Below are positions 13,562 through 23,870 of a DNA stretch of 64,000 bases, piece by piece. Each line of letters opens with the position of its first letter. The first letter of the stretch is position 1. The DNA is from an uncultured virus (IMG/VR IMGVR_UViG_3300042691_030539). Taxonomy: Duplodnaviria > Heunggongvirae > Uroviricota > Caudoviricetes. A model generated the notes under the pieces. It made no database searches, was not told the DNA's origin, and was given only the letters and a program-made list of their open reading frames with translations. The stretch is from IMG/VR virus record IMGVR_UViG_3300042691_030539. One strand, written 5' to 3'. A program made the position numbers and the translations under genes.

Positions 13562-14275
13562 ATGAACAAAAACAGTTTATTAAAATTTATTCAAAAGTAT
13601 TCACTAGGTGGACTTATTGAATCGGTATCATGGAATGCAGAGGGAACAAAGTTATCTGTAAGATTCATTTCAGATGATAAGACTCTATTAGGAGAAGTTG
13701 AGTTTAATGCATTCACATCAACACCATTTAACGTAGGTATTTATACTACATCATTATTGAAAAATATGATTGGTGTATTGGATAATGATATCGCATTAAA
13801 AGTAGACAAAGTAGGTGATAAAGCAGTTAGTTTGAAATTGAGTTCAGATGATACTGAAACTTCTTACCAATTGGCTGATTTGGGTGTTATTCCACCTGTA
13901 CCAGATTTGAAAGCATTGCCTGAATTTGGAATTGCAATCGATATGACATCTCAAATGGTAGACCGATTTATCAAAGCAAAGGGTGCATTGAGTGATGTAG
14001 ATACTTTCACAATCTTTACCGAAGGTGGTGATTTGAAGATGGCAATCGGTTATTCTTCAATTTCGACAAACAGAGTAACATTCACAGCAATCAAAGGATT
14101 TGATGGTGAAGTAAAACCAATCTCATTCTCTTCAAAGTATTTAAAAGAGATTCTTACAGCAAATAAAGAAGCAACTAATGCAAAACTAAAAGTATCAGTT
14201 GATGGATTATCAAATGTTGAATTCCAAATTGATGATTTTGTGTGTAAGTATTATTTAGTAGAAATTTCAAATTAA
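13562..14275 (+). CDS. Sliding clamp (T4 gp45/PCNA-like)
   Basis: 237 aa, beta-rich, position between PolB and clamp loader, C-terminal KYYLV. Confidence 0.7.
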   Translation: MNKNSLLKFIQKYSLGGLIESVSWNAEGTKLSVRFISDDKTLLGEVEFNAFTSTPFNVGIYTTSLLKNMIGVLDNDIALKVDKVGDKAVSLKLSSDDTETSYQLADLGVIPPVPDLKALPEFGIAIDMTSQMVDRFIKAKGALSDVDTFTIFTEGGDLKMAIGYSSISTNRVTFTAIKGFDGEVKPISFSSKYLKEILTANKEATNAKLKVSVDGLSNVEFQIDDFVCKYYLVEISN

Positions 14276-14279
14276 TAAA

Positions 14280-14576
14280 ATGGCAACAGAACAATTGGAT
14301 TTATTTCCACAAGAAGAAATGCTTCCACAAGGAAGTGTAGAAATTCCAAAATCAGAAACAATTAAAGACGCGGAATGGTGTTTTCAATTTTTTAATAACG
14401 AGCCGGTAGTATTTGGTTGGCAATCGAAAGATTCTGAATCAACATCGCCGTTAGTATTACAGATTCAGCCCGTTGAAGGTGAGTCTTTGACATTCCAACA
14501 AAATGGAATGACGTTTAGAATATTTGCAAGAGAAATATCCGAAACTACAAAAATAGAAAGAGAAACACAAAACTAA
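14280..14576 (+). CDS. Hypothetical protein
   Basis: Operonic ORF; N-terminal QLDLF resembles a clamp-binding motif. Confidence 0.6.
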   Translation: MATEQLDLFPQEEMLPQGSVEIPKSETIKDAEWCFQFFNNEPVVFGWQSKDSESTSPLVLQIQPVEGESLTFQQNGMTFRIFAREISETTKIERETQN

Positions 14577-14582
14577 CATAAA

Positions 14583-14999
14583 ATGAATGTAAAGGTAAAA
14601 AAATTACATCCGAAAGCAGTAGTACCAACCTATGCAAAAAATGGTGATGCAGGTATGGATTTGGTTATTACAGAAATAATCAATCAAAATAAATTAGATA
14701 TTACTTATGGATTTGGTATATCTATGGAAATTCCTGAAGGATTTATGGGATTGATATTTCCAAGGTCATCCATCAGAAAATACGATTTGATTTTATCAAA
14801 TGCGGTGGGAGTAGTTGATAGTGGTTATAGGGGAGAATTACAGGCAACCTTTAAAAAAACAGGCAACCATGTTTATGAAGCCGGTGATAGAGGTGCACAA
14901 ATTATTATCTTACCATATCCTCAAATCGAATTTGAAGAAGTAGAAGAATTATCTAACACCGAAAGAGGCGCAGGCGGATTCGGTTCAACTGGAAAATAA
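14583..14999 (+). CDS. dut: Trimeric dUTPase
   Basis: AGMDL, PRSS, GVVDSGYRGE, GDRGAQ, RGAGGFGSTG. Confidence 0.96.
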   Translation: MNVKVKKLHPKAVVPTYAKNGDAGMDLVITEIINQNKLDITYGFGISMEIPEGFMGLIFPRSSIRKYDLILSNAVGVVDSGYRGELQATFKKTGNHVYEAGDRGAQIIILPYPQIEFEEVEELSNTERGAGGFGSTGK

Positions 15000-15000
15000 T

Positions 15001-15948
15001 ATGAGTTTTTTCGCAAACGATATAAGTAAAAGAGAACATAGTTTGTGGGTGGAGAAATACCGCCCACAAACACTTGCCGACTATGTAGGAAATGAGCAAG
15101 TAAAAGAAACAATCCAACAATATCTGGATACGAATGATATTCCACACCTATTGTTTTATGGTAAAGCAGGCACAGGTAAAACCACACTTGCAAAACTTAT
15201 TGTAAACACAATTAAGTGTGATAGTATGATTATCAACGCATCGGATGAAAACAATGTGGACACTGTAAGAACAAAGGTTAAGAACTTCGCATCTTCGGTA
15301 GGTTTCGCAGGATTCAAAGTGATTATTCTTGATGAGTTTGATTATATGACTCCAAACGCACAAGCAATCCTTCGTAACTTAATGGAAACATTTAGTAAAC
15401 ATTGTCGATTCATTTTGACTTGTAACTATATTGAGAAAATCATTGACCCTATCCAAAGTAGATGTCAATCTTTCGCAATTACTCCACCTACTAAAAAGGA
15501 TGTGGCATTGCAAGTTAGTAAGATTTTAGATACGGAAAAGATTAAGTATGATATTAAGAATGTTGCAGATATCATCAATTCTTATTATCCTGATATCCGT
15601 AGAGTATTAAACACTTGTCAATTACAATCAGCGAAAGGAGAATTGAAAGTAGACCACAAAGTAATGGTTGAATCAAACTTCCAAACCAAATTAATTGACT
15701 TGTTGAAATCAAATGATGATAAACGTAATTTGTTTATGAAGATTAGACAAGCAGTAGCAGATAATCATCTAAACGATTATTCAGAAATGTATTCAATGTT
15801 ATATGATAAAGTAGATGAATACGCTGCAGGAAATACTGCAAACGTAATCCTAACTATTGCAGATGGATTATCCAAAGATGCATTAGTAGTAGATAAAGAA
15901 ATCGTATTTATGAGTACAATTATTCAAATTTTAAATATTATAAAATAA
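15001..15948 (+). CDS. Clamp loader AAA+ subunit (T4 gp44/RFC-small-like)
   Basis: WVEKYRP, GKAGTGKTT, NASDE, DEFD, QSRC. Confidence 0.93.
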   Translation: MSFFANDISKREHSLWVEKYRPQTLADYVGNEQVKETIQQYLDTNDIPHLLFYGKAGTGKTTLAKLIVNTIKCDSMIINASDENNVDTVRTKVKNFASSVGFAGFKVIILDEFDYMTPNAQAILRNLMETFSKHCRFILTCNYIEKIIDPIQSRCQSFAITPPTKKDVALQVSKILDTEKIKYDIKNVADIINSYYPDIRRVLNTCQLQSAKGELKVDHKVMVESNFQTKLIDLLKSNDDKRNLFMKIRQAVADNHLNDYSEMYSMLYDKVDEYAAGNTANVILTIADGLSKDALVVDKEIVFMSTIIQILNIIK

Positions 15949-16190
15949 TGGAACAACAGATGGGACCACAATTACCGCCAAATTTTAAATTAACGGATGC
16001 AAGAGAGATATTATGTAAATGCGGAAACAATACATATATGCCAGGCGTAAGAGTTAGAAAAGTATCAAGACTTTTGACGGGGGCACCTGAAGATATGGTT
16101 ATACCGATACAGGTTTTTTTATGTACACAATGTGGAGAAGCTTTAAATGAAATGTTACCAGAAGAACTTCAAAAAAAGACTATTGAATAA
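15948..16190 (+). CDS. Small Zn-ribbon protein
   Basis: CKCG ... CTQCG. Confidence 0.7.
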   Translation: MEQQMGPQLPPNFKLTDAREILCKCGNNTYMPGVRVRKVSRLLTGAPEDMVIPIQVFLCTQCGEALNEMLPEELQKKTIE

Positions 16191-16642
16191 TGGCCGCTAA
16201 AAAAATATTTGACCATATAAACGCAATAACTGCCGAACAAGATCCAAATTACTTTGATAAACTTTCGGAAGAGGATTTGAAATCATGGAGTAACTTTATG
16301 ATTAATCGATTCCTTTCTATGAAGCCGGAGTGGGTTGAACTTGTTGCAACACTTTTACCTTTGACTCAAACTTTACAACCAAAGGAAATGTATAAACTAT
16401 ACATAAGTGTTATTCCTAAAGGAAAATATTTCTTAAAATATATCAAAGGAAAGGCATCAGATAAATATGAACAATTTTTGGTAGATTTGATAAAAATTGA
16501 ATTTCAATGTTCAGAGAAAGAAGCATTGGAATATGTTGAAGTATTATACTCGAATAGAGAAGGCAGGGAACATATAAAGTATATTTGTGAAAAGTATGGA
16601 ACAGATAAAAAACAAATAACTAAATTGAAATTAAAAATTTGA
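16190..16642 (+). CDS. Clamp loader small subunit (T4 gp62-like)
   Basis: FMINRFLS motif, KYFLKYIK, position after gp44-like gene. Confidence 0.7.
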   Translation: MAAKKIFDHINAITAEQDPNYFDKLSEEDLKSWSNFMINRFLSMKPEWVELVATLLPLTQTLQPKEMYKLYISVIPKGKYFLKYIKGKASDKYEQFLVDLIKIEFQCSEKEALEYVEVLYSNREGREHIKYICEKYGTDKKQITKLKLKI

Positions 16643-16669
16643 TAAATACAAAAAATTTAGTTATATTAG
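16638..16669 (+). promoter_or_regulatory. Bacteroidota-type promoter
   Basis: TTTG-20 nt-TATATTAG. Confidence 0.6.
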
Positions 16670-16675
16670 TTATAT

Positions 16676-17539
16676 ATGGCAAGAGTATCATTTTCACAAT
16701 ATAGTATGTGGAGCACATGCCCACAGCAATACAAATTAGCTTACATAGATGGTTTATCGGAATCAACTTCCAATATACATTCAGTATTCGGAACAGCAAT
16801 GCACGAAACATTGCAAGAATATCTGAATATATGTTTGAGAATTTCAAAATCACAGGCAGATAAAACAATAGATTTAAAACTTTTCTTAAAAGAAAGGATG
16901 CGCCAATTGTATTTGAAAGAATCAAATAATGGTGAAGTAAACATTTGTACAAAAGAAGAACTTGTTGAGTTTTTAGAAGATGGAAATATCCTATTGGATT
17001 GGTTTCAAAAGTCTAAAAACTTTAATAAGTTTTTTTCATTGAAGCATGATGAGTTAGTTGCAATTGAGCAACCTATAAACACAAAGATAGCAGAAAATGT
17101 AAATTTTTTGGGGTTCATAGATTTGGTAACAAAAGATACATATAGTAATCGTTATAAGATAATTGATTTCAAAACATCTACAAGAGGATGGAGTGATTAT
17201 CAAAAAAAGGATCCAGTAAAAAATGCACAAATACTTTTGTATAAAAAGTTCTATTCAGAAATGCTTAACGTATCTGTGGATATGATTGATGTTGAGTTTA
17301 TCATCTTAAAAAGAAAAGTTCAAATTAGAGAAGATATACCAACACATAGAATAAGTAGACACGTACCCGCAAATGGGAAACCATCAATAAATAAAGCTTG
17401 GGCTGGATTTAAAGAGTTTGTGGATACGGTATTTGATTCCAATGGTAGTTATAGAATGGAAATTCAGTATCCGAAAAAGCCATCAAAACTATGCGAATGG
17501 TGTGAATTTTTTGGTAAGTATTGTGATGGAAAAATTTAA
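16676..17539 (+). CDS. PD-(D/E)XK Cas4/RecB-like exonuclease with Fe-S cysteines
   Basis: SFSQ...CP, FGTAMHE, GFIDL, IIDFKT, Q...Y, CEWC.F...C. Confidence 0.88.
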   Translation: MARVSFSQYSMWSTCPQQYKLAYIDGLSESTSNIHSVFGTAMHETLQEYLNICLRISKSQADKTIDLKLFLKERMRQLYLKESNNGEVNICTKEELVEFLEDGNILLDWFQKSKNFNKFFSLKHDELVAIEQPINTKIAENVNFLGFIDLVTKDTYSNRYKIIDFKTSTRGWSDYQKKDPVKNAQILLYKKFYSEMLNVSVDMIDVEFIILKRKVQIREDIPTHRISRHVPANGKPSINKAWAGFKEFVDTVFDSNGSYRMEIQYPKKPSKLCEWCEFFGKYCDGKI

Positions 17540-17569
17540 ATAAAAACAATATATATTTTAAAATAAGTT

Positions 17570-18949
17570 ATGGCAAAAAAGAAAATTCTGTTACTTTCAG
17601 ATGATTTAAGGATGGCTAGTGGTATAGCCAATGTTTCAAAACAATTGGTGTTGGGAACAGTTGATAAGTATGATTGGCTTCAATTAGGTGCAGCGATAAA
17701 GCATCCTGAAAATGGGAAAATTTTAGATTTAAGTGAAGATGTTAGAGCTAGAACAGGCGTCGCAGATGCATCGGTGAGAATCATTCCGTTTGATGGATAT
17801 GGTAATCCTGATATCATTAGGCAATTGATTATGACAGAAAGACCGGATGCTATCCTACACTTTACCGACCCGAGATATTGGATTTGGTTATATGAGATTG
17901 AGCATGAAATTCGACAATCAGTACCACTATTCTTTTATCATATTTGGGATGATTTGCCAGACCCAAAATATAACAGAGATTACTATGAAAGTTGTGATTG
18001 GTTAGGGTGTATTTCTAAACAAACATACGGAATCGTAAAACGTGTTGGTACTTGGGATAAAGAAAAATATTGGAATAAATTGCAAGATTGGCAAGTTAGT
18101 TATGTACCACATGGCATTAATACCGATGATTATGCGCCGGTAGATGTTCCTGATGAATTTAAAAAGACAATATTTGGAGATAAGGAGTACGAATTTGTAT
18201 TATATTGGTCAAACAGAAATATTAGAAGAAAACAACCAATAGATGTAATGTTGGCATTCGAATCTTTTAGAAAAAGTTTACCAGAGGATAAACAAGATAA
18301 AGTTTGTTTATTAATGCACACTACTCCGGTTGAAGAACATGGAACGGATTTACCAAAAACAGCAGAACACTTGATGCCGGATGCAAAGATTATATTCGCA
18401 TCAAATAGATATACAGAAAAGGAATTAAACTATTTGTATAATATCGCAGATGTTACTATAAATATAGCATCTAATGAGGGGTTTGGATTGGCAACTGCGG
18501 AATCCGTTATGGCAGGAACACCTATCATTGTAAATGTAACCGGTGGGTTGCAAGACCAATGTGGATTTAGAGATAAGAAAACGGGTAAACTATTAACAGC
18601 AGATGATTATGTGGAGATTGGTTCTTTGCATGATAGAAGTAAAAAAGAAGGATTATACTGGGGTGATTGGGTTACACCAATTTGGCCAGTTCGTTCAACA
18701 ACAGGTTCTGTTCCTACTCCATATATTTTCGATGATAGAGTTGATTTTGCAGATGTAGCACCGTTGATTATGCATTGGTATAAGATGGGAAGAAAGGAAA
18801 GAAAAAATATGGGATTAGAAGGAAGAAAGCATTTCATGGGTGAAGGTGGATTGAATAGAGAAAATATGTGTAAAACATTAGTAGACGGAATGGAAGCAGC
18901 ATTTGAAAATTGGAAACCACGTAAAAAATATCAATTAGTTACAATATGA
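17570..18949 (+). CDS. Glycosyltransferase, GT-B (GT4-like)
   Basis: YVPHGI, NRNIRRK, NEGFGLATAES..AGTP. Confidence 0.88.
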   Translation: MAKKKILLLSDDLRMASGIANVSKQLVLGTVDKYDWLQLGAAIKHPENGKILDLSEDVRARTGVADASVRIIPFDGYGNPDIIRQLIMTERPDAILHFTDPRYWIWLYEIEHEIRQSVPLFFYHIWDDLPDPKYNRDYYESCDWLGCISKQTYGIVKRVGTWDKEKYWNKLQDWQVSYVPHGINTDDYAPVDVPDEFKKTIFGDKEYEFVLYWSNRNIRRKQPIDVMLAFESFRKSLPEDKQDKVCLLMHTTPVEEHGTDLPKTAEHLMPDAKIIFASNRYTEKELNYLYNIADVTINIASNEGFGLATAESVMAGTPIIVNVTGGLQDQCGFRDKKTGKLLTADDYVEIGSLHDRSKKEGLYWGDWVTPIWPVRSTTGSVPTPYIFDDRVDFADVAPLIMHWYKMGRKERKNMGLEGRKHFMGEGGLNRENMCKTLVDGMEAAFENWKPRKKYQLVTI

Positions 18950-20214
18950 AACCAACATTAATATTTCAAGCTCCGGTATCTACTAGAAGTGGATATGGAG
19001 ATCACAGTAGAGATTTATTACATTCTTTGTATAAATTAGACAAGTTCGAAGTTAAAGTAATTAGTACAAGATGGGGGCAAACACCGATGGATGCTCTTAA
19101 CTATAGCAATCCATTTCACAAATGGATAGTTGATAGAATAATACCACAAATAACAGAAAAGCCTGATATATACATGCAGGTGACAGTACCAAATGAATTT
19201 CAACCAATGGGCCACTATAATATAGGAATAACGGCCGGAATAGAAACTACACATTGTGCATTTGAATGGATAGGTGGATGTAACCGAATGGATTTAATAA
19301 TAGTTCCATCCGAGCACTCTAAAAACATTTTAGCATCTACAATGTTTAATGAAGCAAACAAAGATACAGGTCAACTTATAAAGCAACATAAGATTGAAAA
19401 ACCAATCCAAATATTATTTGAAGGATTCGATGAAACTGATTTTGGAACGGACAGTGTTACACATATTTCTGAATTGGATGAAATTAAAGAAGATTTTGCA
19501 TTTTTATTTGTAGGACACTGGTTGCGTGGAAATTTGGGAGAGGATAGAAAAAATGTGGGAATGATGATTAAAGCATTTGCCACTGCATTTAAAAATGAAA
19601 AAGTAAAACCAGCGTTAGTTTTAAAAACATCAAGTGCCGGATTTAGTGTAATGGGAAGAGAAGAAATAGTTAAAAAAATAAGAGAAGCATTGGATAAAGA
19701 TTATGATAAGGTACCTGTATATTTATTGCATGGTGATTTAACACAATCAGAAATGAATGGATTATATAATCATAAAAAAATAAAAGCAATGTTAAACTTC
19801 ACAAAAGGTGAAGGATTTGGTAGACCTTTATTGGAATTTAGTTTAACAGGAAAACCGATATTGGTTAGTAATTGGAGTGGTCATTTGGATTTCTTAAAAA
19901 GTGGTGGAGCAGTTTTATTGGATGGAGAACTTAAAAATGTTCATGAATCCGCAGCTGACCAGTTTATTCTAAAAGAATCACAATGGTTTACCGTAAACAT
20001 TTCAAATGCTTTGCTCAAAATAAAAGATGTTTATAAAAATTATGACAAATATAAACAAGCTGCAGCTCAATTGGCCCAACGAAACAAACAAAATTTTAGT
20101 TTAGAAAAAATGACTAAATTATTTGATACTATATTGAATCACTATAATGTATATAATAAGATACAACCTAAATTTCAAAAATTAGAATTACCTAAACTGA
20201 AAATGTTAAAATAA
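18946..20214 (+). CDS. Glycosyltransferase, GT-B (GT4-like)
   Basis: SGYG, RKNVG, GEGFGRPLLEF, WSGHLDF. Confidence 0.88.
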   Translation: MKPTLIFQAPVSTRSGYGDHSRDLLHSLYKLDKFEVKVISTRWGQTPMDALNYSNPFHKWIVDRIIPQITEKPDIYMQVTVPNEFQPMGHYNIGITAGIETTHCAFEWIGGCNRMDLIIVPSEHSKNILASTMFNEANKDTGQLIKQHKIEKPIQILFEGFDETDFGTDSVTHISELDEIKEDFAFLFVGHWLRGNLGEDRKNVGMMIKAFATAFKNEKVKPALVLKTSSAGFSVMGREEIVKKIREALDKDYDKVPVYLLHGDLTQSEMNGLYNHKKIKAMLNFTKGEGFGRPLLEFSLTGKPILVSNWSGHLDFLKSGGAVLLDGELKNVHESAADQFILKESQWFTVNISNALLKIKDVYKNYDKYKQAAAQLAQRNKQNFSLEKMTKLFDTILNHYNVYNKIQPKFQKLELPKLKMLK

Positions 20215-20217
20215 AAA

Positions 20218-20691
20218 ATGTCTAATTATAATCCCATATATAGAAAATTTATAGATGATAGAAACGTAGTTGTTCCTGAAAAAATGGTAAGAGGTAAATT
20301 CTATCTAATAAAAGAGTATTCATATGTGGATGGAGACAAAAAGAAATTTACAGAGACAACCGCACCGATAGTATTTACATTGTTTGTATCAAAGGCAAAG
20401 GATATAATACATTGTGTAAAGGTATCTAATGTAAATCCAAATGTCATAAAAAGATTTTTTGGTAAATTTGTAAATGAGGATACAGAAAAATTACAAATGA
20501 GAGGTAATGCTAAATCAATATACGAAAAGGTTGTTAGTAAAGTACCAGCCATTACCAATGAATCTTACAGAACTTACAAAATAAGCGGTTTATCTAAAGT
20601 TGTAGAATTGACAATGGATGTAAACGAAATTACACCAAAAAACAAAAATGTAACCGGAATAGACACAAAATCACAAAAAAGAAATCAATAA
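20218..20691 (+). CDS. Hypothetical protein
   Basis: Operonic ORF, 157 aa. Confidence 0.65.
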   Translation: MSNYNPIYRKFIDDRNVVVPEKMVRGKFYLIKEYSYVDGDKKKFTETTAPIVFTLFVSKAKDIIHCVKVSNVNPNVIKRFFGKFVNEDTEKLQMRGNAKSIYEKVVSKVPAITNESYRTYKISGLSKVVELTMDVNEITPKNKNVTGIDTKSQKRNQ

Positions 20692-20694
20692 TTT

Positions 20695-20967
20695 ATGACA
20701 TCTAAAGAATTTGTTATATGGATGAGGGGGTTTATGGAGGCATGCAACGATTACACTGCAACCCCAAAACAATGGGATAAAATAAAAGAAGAATTGGAAA
20801 AAGTTACAGATGAAGAAAAACCAATCGGTACTCCTATTGGAATAGGAGGATTTGGAACGGTGAACGTTACACCTGGAACAACAGGTATTTTAAATATACC
20901 AAACCTAAATACATCAACCACATATGCGAATCCACAGAGTGGTAGTTGGCACTATACAAATAGTTAA
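20695..20967 (+). CDS. Hypothetical protein
   Basis: MTSKEFVIWMRGF...TPKQW..IKE N-terminus typical of small phage proteins. Confidence 0.65.
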   Translation: MTSKEFVIWMRGFMEACNDYTATPKQWDKIKEELEKVTDEEKPIGTPIGIGGFGTVNVTPGTTGILNIPNLNTSTTYANPQSGSWHYTNS

Positions 20968-20968
20968 T

Positions 20969-21592
20969 ATGAAAATAAGTTACGCAATTACTGCTTGTAA
21001 TGAGCACGAAGAAATTATTAGATTAGTTACACAATTACTAAATTATAAGGGTGAGCATTCTGAAATTGTAGTTCTTTTAGATACACCAAAAGCACCAACC
21101 GAAATGGTTGAGTATTTGGAGTTACAAGCAAACGCAGACCACATCACCTTAATTGAATCTGAATTTGATAACGATTTTGCCCAATGGAAAAATCTATTAA
21201 ATTCACAATGCAAAGGTGAGTGGATATTTCAATTAGATGCTGATGAGTATTTAGATTCAAATCTTATTGTTAATTTGGAAGATATTTTGGATAACAATGT
21301 AGATAAAGATTTGATTGTAGTTCCACGCATAAATACGGTGGATGGGTTAACAGAGTCACACATTCAAAAATGGGGTTGGAAGGTTAATGAAAAGGGCTGG
21401 GTTAATTTTCCAGATGTTCAAACAAGAATTTATAAAAACTCTAATAAGATAGGTTGGAGTGGAAAGGTACATGAAAGAATAGTGGGGTTTGAAAACTACA
21501 CATCATTCCCAGCCGATGAGATATATTGTATTAGACATCCTAAAACTATAGAAAGACAAGAAAAACAAAACAGTTTTTATGATTCAATTTAA
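20969..21592 (+). CDS. Glycosyltransferase family 2 (start revised to ATG 20969)
   Basis: ISYAITACNE, WIFQLDADE, W.GKVHE. Confidence 0.88.
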   Translation: MKISYAITACNEHEEIIRLVTQLLNYKGEHSEIVVLLDTPKAPTEMVEYLELQANADHITLIESEFDNDFAQWKNLLNSQCKGEWIFQLDADEYLDSNLIVNLEDILDNNVDKDLIVVPRINTVDGLTESHIQKWGWKVNEKGWVNFPDVQTRIYKNSNKIGWSGKVHERIVGFENYTSFPADEIYCIRHPKTIERQEKQNSFYDSI

Positions 21593-22406
21593 AGTTGGAA
21601 TTGTTGGTAATGGGTTTGTAGGTGAATCGCAGGCATATGCGTTTTCATCCGTTGCAGATGTTAAAATATATGATATTGATAAAATGAAATCAACACATAC
21701 TTTAGAAGATGTATTGATGCAGGACTTTGTCTTTATATGTTTACCAACGCCAATGAAACAAAGTGGTGAACAGGATTTATCTTATATTGAAAATTTTTTT
21801 AGTTCTATAAAATTAAAAAAACAGGAAACCATTTTTATATTGAAATCGACGGTGTTACCAACAACTACAAAAAAGTTAATACAAAAGTATGGATTTAATA
21901 TAGTTTTTTCTCCGGAGTTTTTGACAGAAAAAACGGCCAAGTTAGATATGTTGACACAATCAAGAATTATAATTGGCGGAAATTCCGAACATACCGAACG
22001 TGTATTGGAGTTATTCAAAGCAAGATTTGGAAATAAACACTACATATTAACGGATGAAACATCTGCAGAGATTACAAAATATATGTGTAATAATTTTTTA
22101 TCAGTTAAAGTATCGTTTGTAAATGAATACTACGATTTAGTAAAAGAATTAGGTGGGAAGTGGGATGATATAATTGACGGGTTTGTATCGGATCCAAGAA
22201 TTGGAAATTCCCATTCACAAACTCCAGGTCACGATGGCAAAAGAGGATTTGGTGGAACCTGTTTTCCCAAAGATATTAATGCTATGATTAACTATTCTGA
22301 AGAAATGAATGTTGATATGAATACATTAAATGCCGCCTGGAAAACAAATTTAAAGGTTAGACCAGAACAAGATTGGAAACAATTAAAAGGTAGAGCAGTA
22401 GTATGA
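21579..22406 (+). CDS. UDP-glucose/GDP-mannose dehydrogenase family (short form)
   Basis: GNGFVG, CLPTP, KSTV, PEFL, GFGGTCFPKD. Confidence 0.9.
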   Translation: MIQFKVGIVGNGFVGESQAYAFSSVADVKIYDIDKMKSTHTLEDVLMQDFVFICLPTPMKQSGEQDLSYIENFFSSIKLKKQETIFILKSTVLPTTTKKLIQKYGFNIVFSPEFLTEKTAKLDMLTQSRIIIGGNSEHTERVLELFKARFGNKHYILTDETSAEITKYMCNNFLSVKVSFVNEYYDLVKELGGKWDDIIDGFVSDPRIGNSHSQTPGHDGKRGFGGTCFPKDINAMINYSEEMNVDMNTLNAAWKTNLKVRPEQDWKQLKGRAVV

Positions 22407-23302
22407 TGAAAGTTACATTTATATATGCATACGAACCTGATGAAATTTGGTCCACACCTATGTCATTGTTAAATGAGTTTAAAGCATGTGGTTGGGAAAC
22501 TGATATAGTATCAATTGGTAGTAATAAATCCGGAGTATATTCCGATACTAAACTTAAGGAGTGGATAGAATCAAATCCAAAAACTGATATTGTTTTATTT
22601 ATGGATTGGGGAAGATTTGATTCACCTTTTCTTGATAAAAAGTATGTAGATGCATTTTGGATACAAGAAAGTGGTGATGATCCACAAAACTGGGAAAGAA
22701 ATTCACCAAAAGCAAATAAATTTCATTATACCATTACTCCTGATTATGATTCTTATTTAAAATATAAAGAAATTGGAATAAATGTAGAATGGGTTACGCA
22801 CTTTGCAGATACATCAATACAATATCCTATGAATCTATCACCGGAATATGTTGCCGTTACTACAAGAGGATTTGGTAATTCAGGATTTTTAGATTATCTT
22901 ACAAATTGGGCAGAAGGAGCTATTGGTAATAAAAACGGAATGGTTGGAATTGAACATACCGAATTCTTAAATAAAGGACTGATGGTAGTTCAAAATAGTA
23001 GGTGGGGTGAGATTACACGTAGAATATTTGAAGGAATGGCATGTGGCAAACTAATTATAACAGATAGATTGAATGATAGTAAAAAACTACATGAAATCTT
23101 TATAGAGGGGAAAGATATCATTTTTTATAATGATATGTTTGATTGTATTGAAAAGATAAACTATTATAATGAAAATGAAGAGGAAAGAGAAAAAATAGCA
23201 TTTAGTGGTTATCAAAAAGTAATAAACAATTATACACAAAAGCAAGTAGTAAACAATTTAATAAATAAATATCATGTATTTAAATCGATGGGATTTAATT
23301 AA
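22403..23302 (+). CDS. Glycosyltransferase (CgeB-like GT-B)
   Basis: RIFEGMACG, EREKIA..G. Confidence 0.78.
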   Translation: MMKVTFIYAYEPDEIWSTPMSLLNEFKACGWETDIVSIGSNKSGVYSDTKLKEWIESNPKTDIVLFMDWGRFDSPFLDKKYVDAFWIQESGDDPQNWERNSPKANKFHYTITPDYDSYLKYKEIGINVEWVTHFADTSIQYPMNLSPEYVAVTTRGFGNSGFLDYLTNWAEGAIGNKNGMVGIEHTEFLNKGLMVVQNSRWGEITRRIFEGMACGKLIITDRLNDSKKLHEIFIEGKDIIFYNDMFDCIEKINYYNENEEEREKIAFSGYQKVINNYTQKQVVNNLINKYHVFKSMGFN

Positions 23303-23870
23303 TATTTTAATAAATAAGAATAATTACAAATCTTATTTAGAAATTGGAACACAAGATCCAGCAAGTAACTTTGATAAAATTAATATAGAAAAAAAAGTTT
23401 CTATTGATCCTTTTCCAAAAGGACAGGTTACGTTTGTTGGAACATCGGATGAATACTTTCAATCTATTTCAGATGATGTAGAATTTGATATTATTTTTAT
23501 AGATGGATTGCATCACAACGACCAAGTACTTAAAGATATTGAAAACTCACTAAACCATTTGACAGAAAAGGGTAGTATTGTATGCCACGATTGCTTACCA
23601 ACAACAGAACACATGCAACAGAGAAATGATCATGGTGGTGTATGGACAGGTGATGTTTGGAAAGCAATTGCGGAACTACGAGTTGAAAGAATTGATTTGG
23701 ATATACAGGTCGTAGATACGGATTTGGGATGTGCAGTAATCAAACGAGGAACAAATATACCATATATTACTAAAGAATATTATTTAAATTACACATATTA
23801 TAATATACATAAATGGAATCTCATGAACATAATATCAGTAGAAGATTTTTTAAAAAAGAATAAAATATGA
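23274..23870 (+). CDS. Class I SAM-dependent methyltransferase
   Basis: YLEIG, DIIFIDGLH, CHDC, WTGDVWK. Confidence 0.85.
   Translation: MYLNRWDLINILINKNNYKSYLEIGTQDPASNFDKINIEKKVSIDPFPKGQVTFVGTSDEYFQSISDDVEFDIIFIDGLHHNDQVLKDIENSLNHLTEKGSIVCHDCLPTTEHMQQRNDHGGVWTGDVWKAIAELRVERIDLDIQVVDTDLGCAVIKRGTNIPYITKEYYLNYTYYNIHKWNLMNIISVEDFLKKNKI

Noticed and set aside
16676..17539. Cas4-like gene as evidence for a CRISPR-Cas system
   Set aside because: No repeat-spacer array or other cas genes were seen; solitary Cas4-like nucleases are common in phage replication modules.
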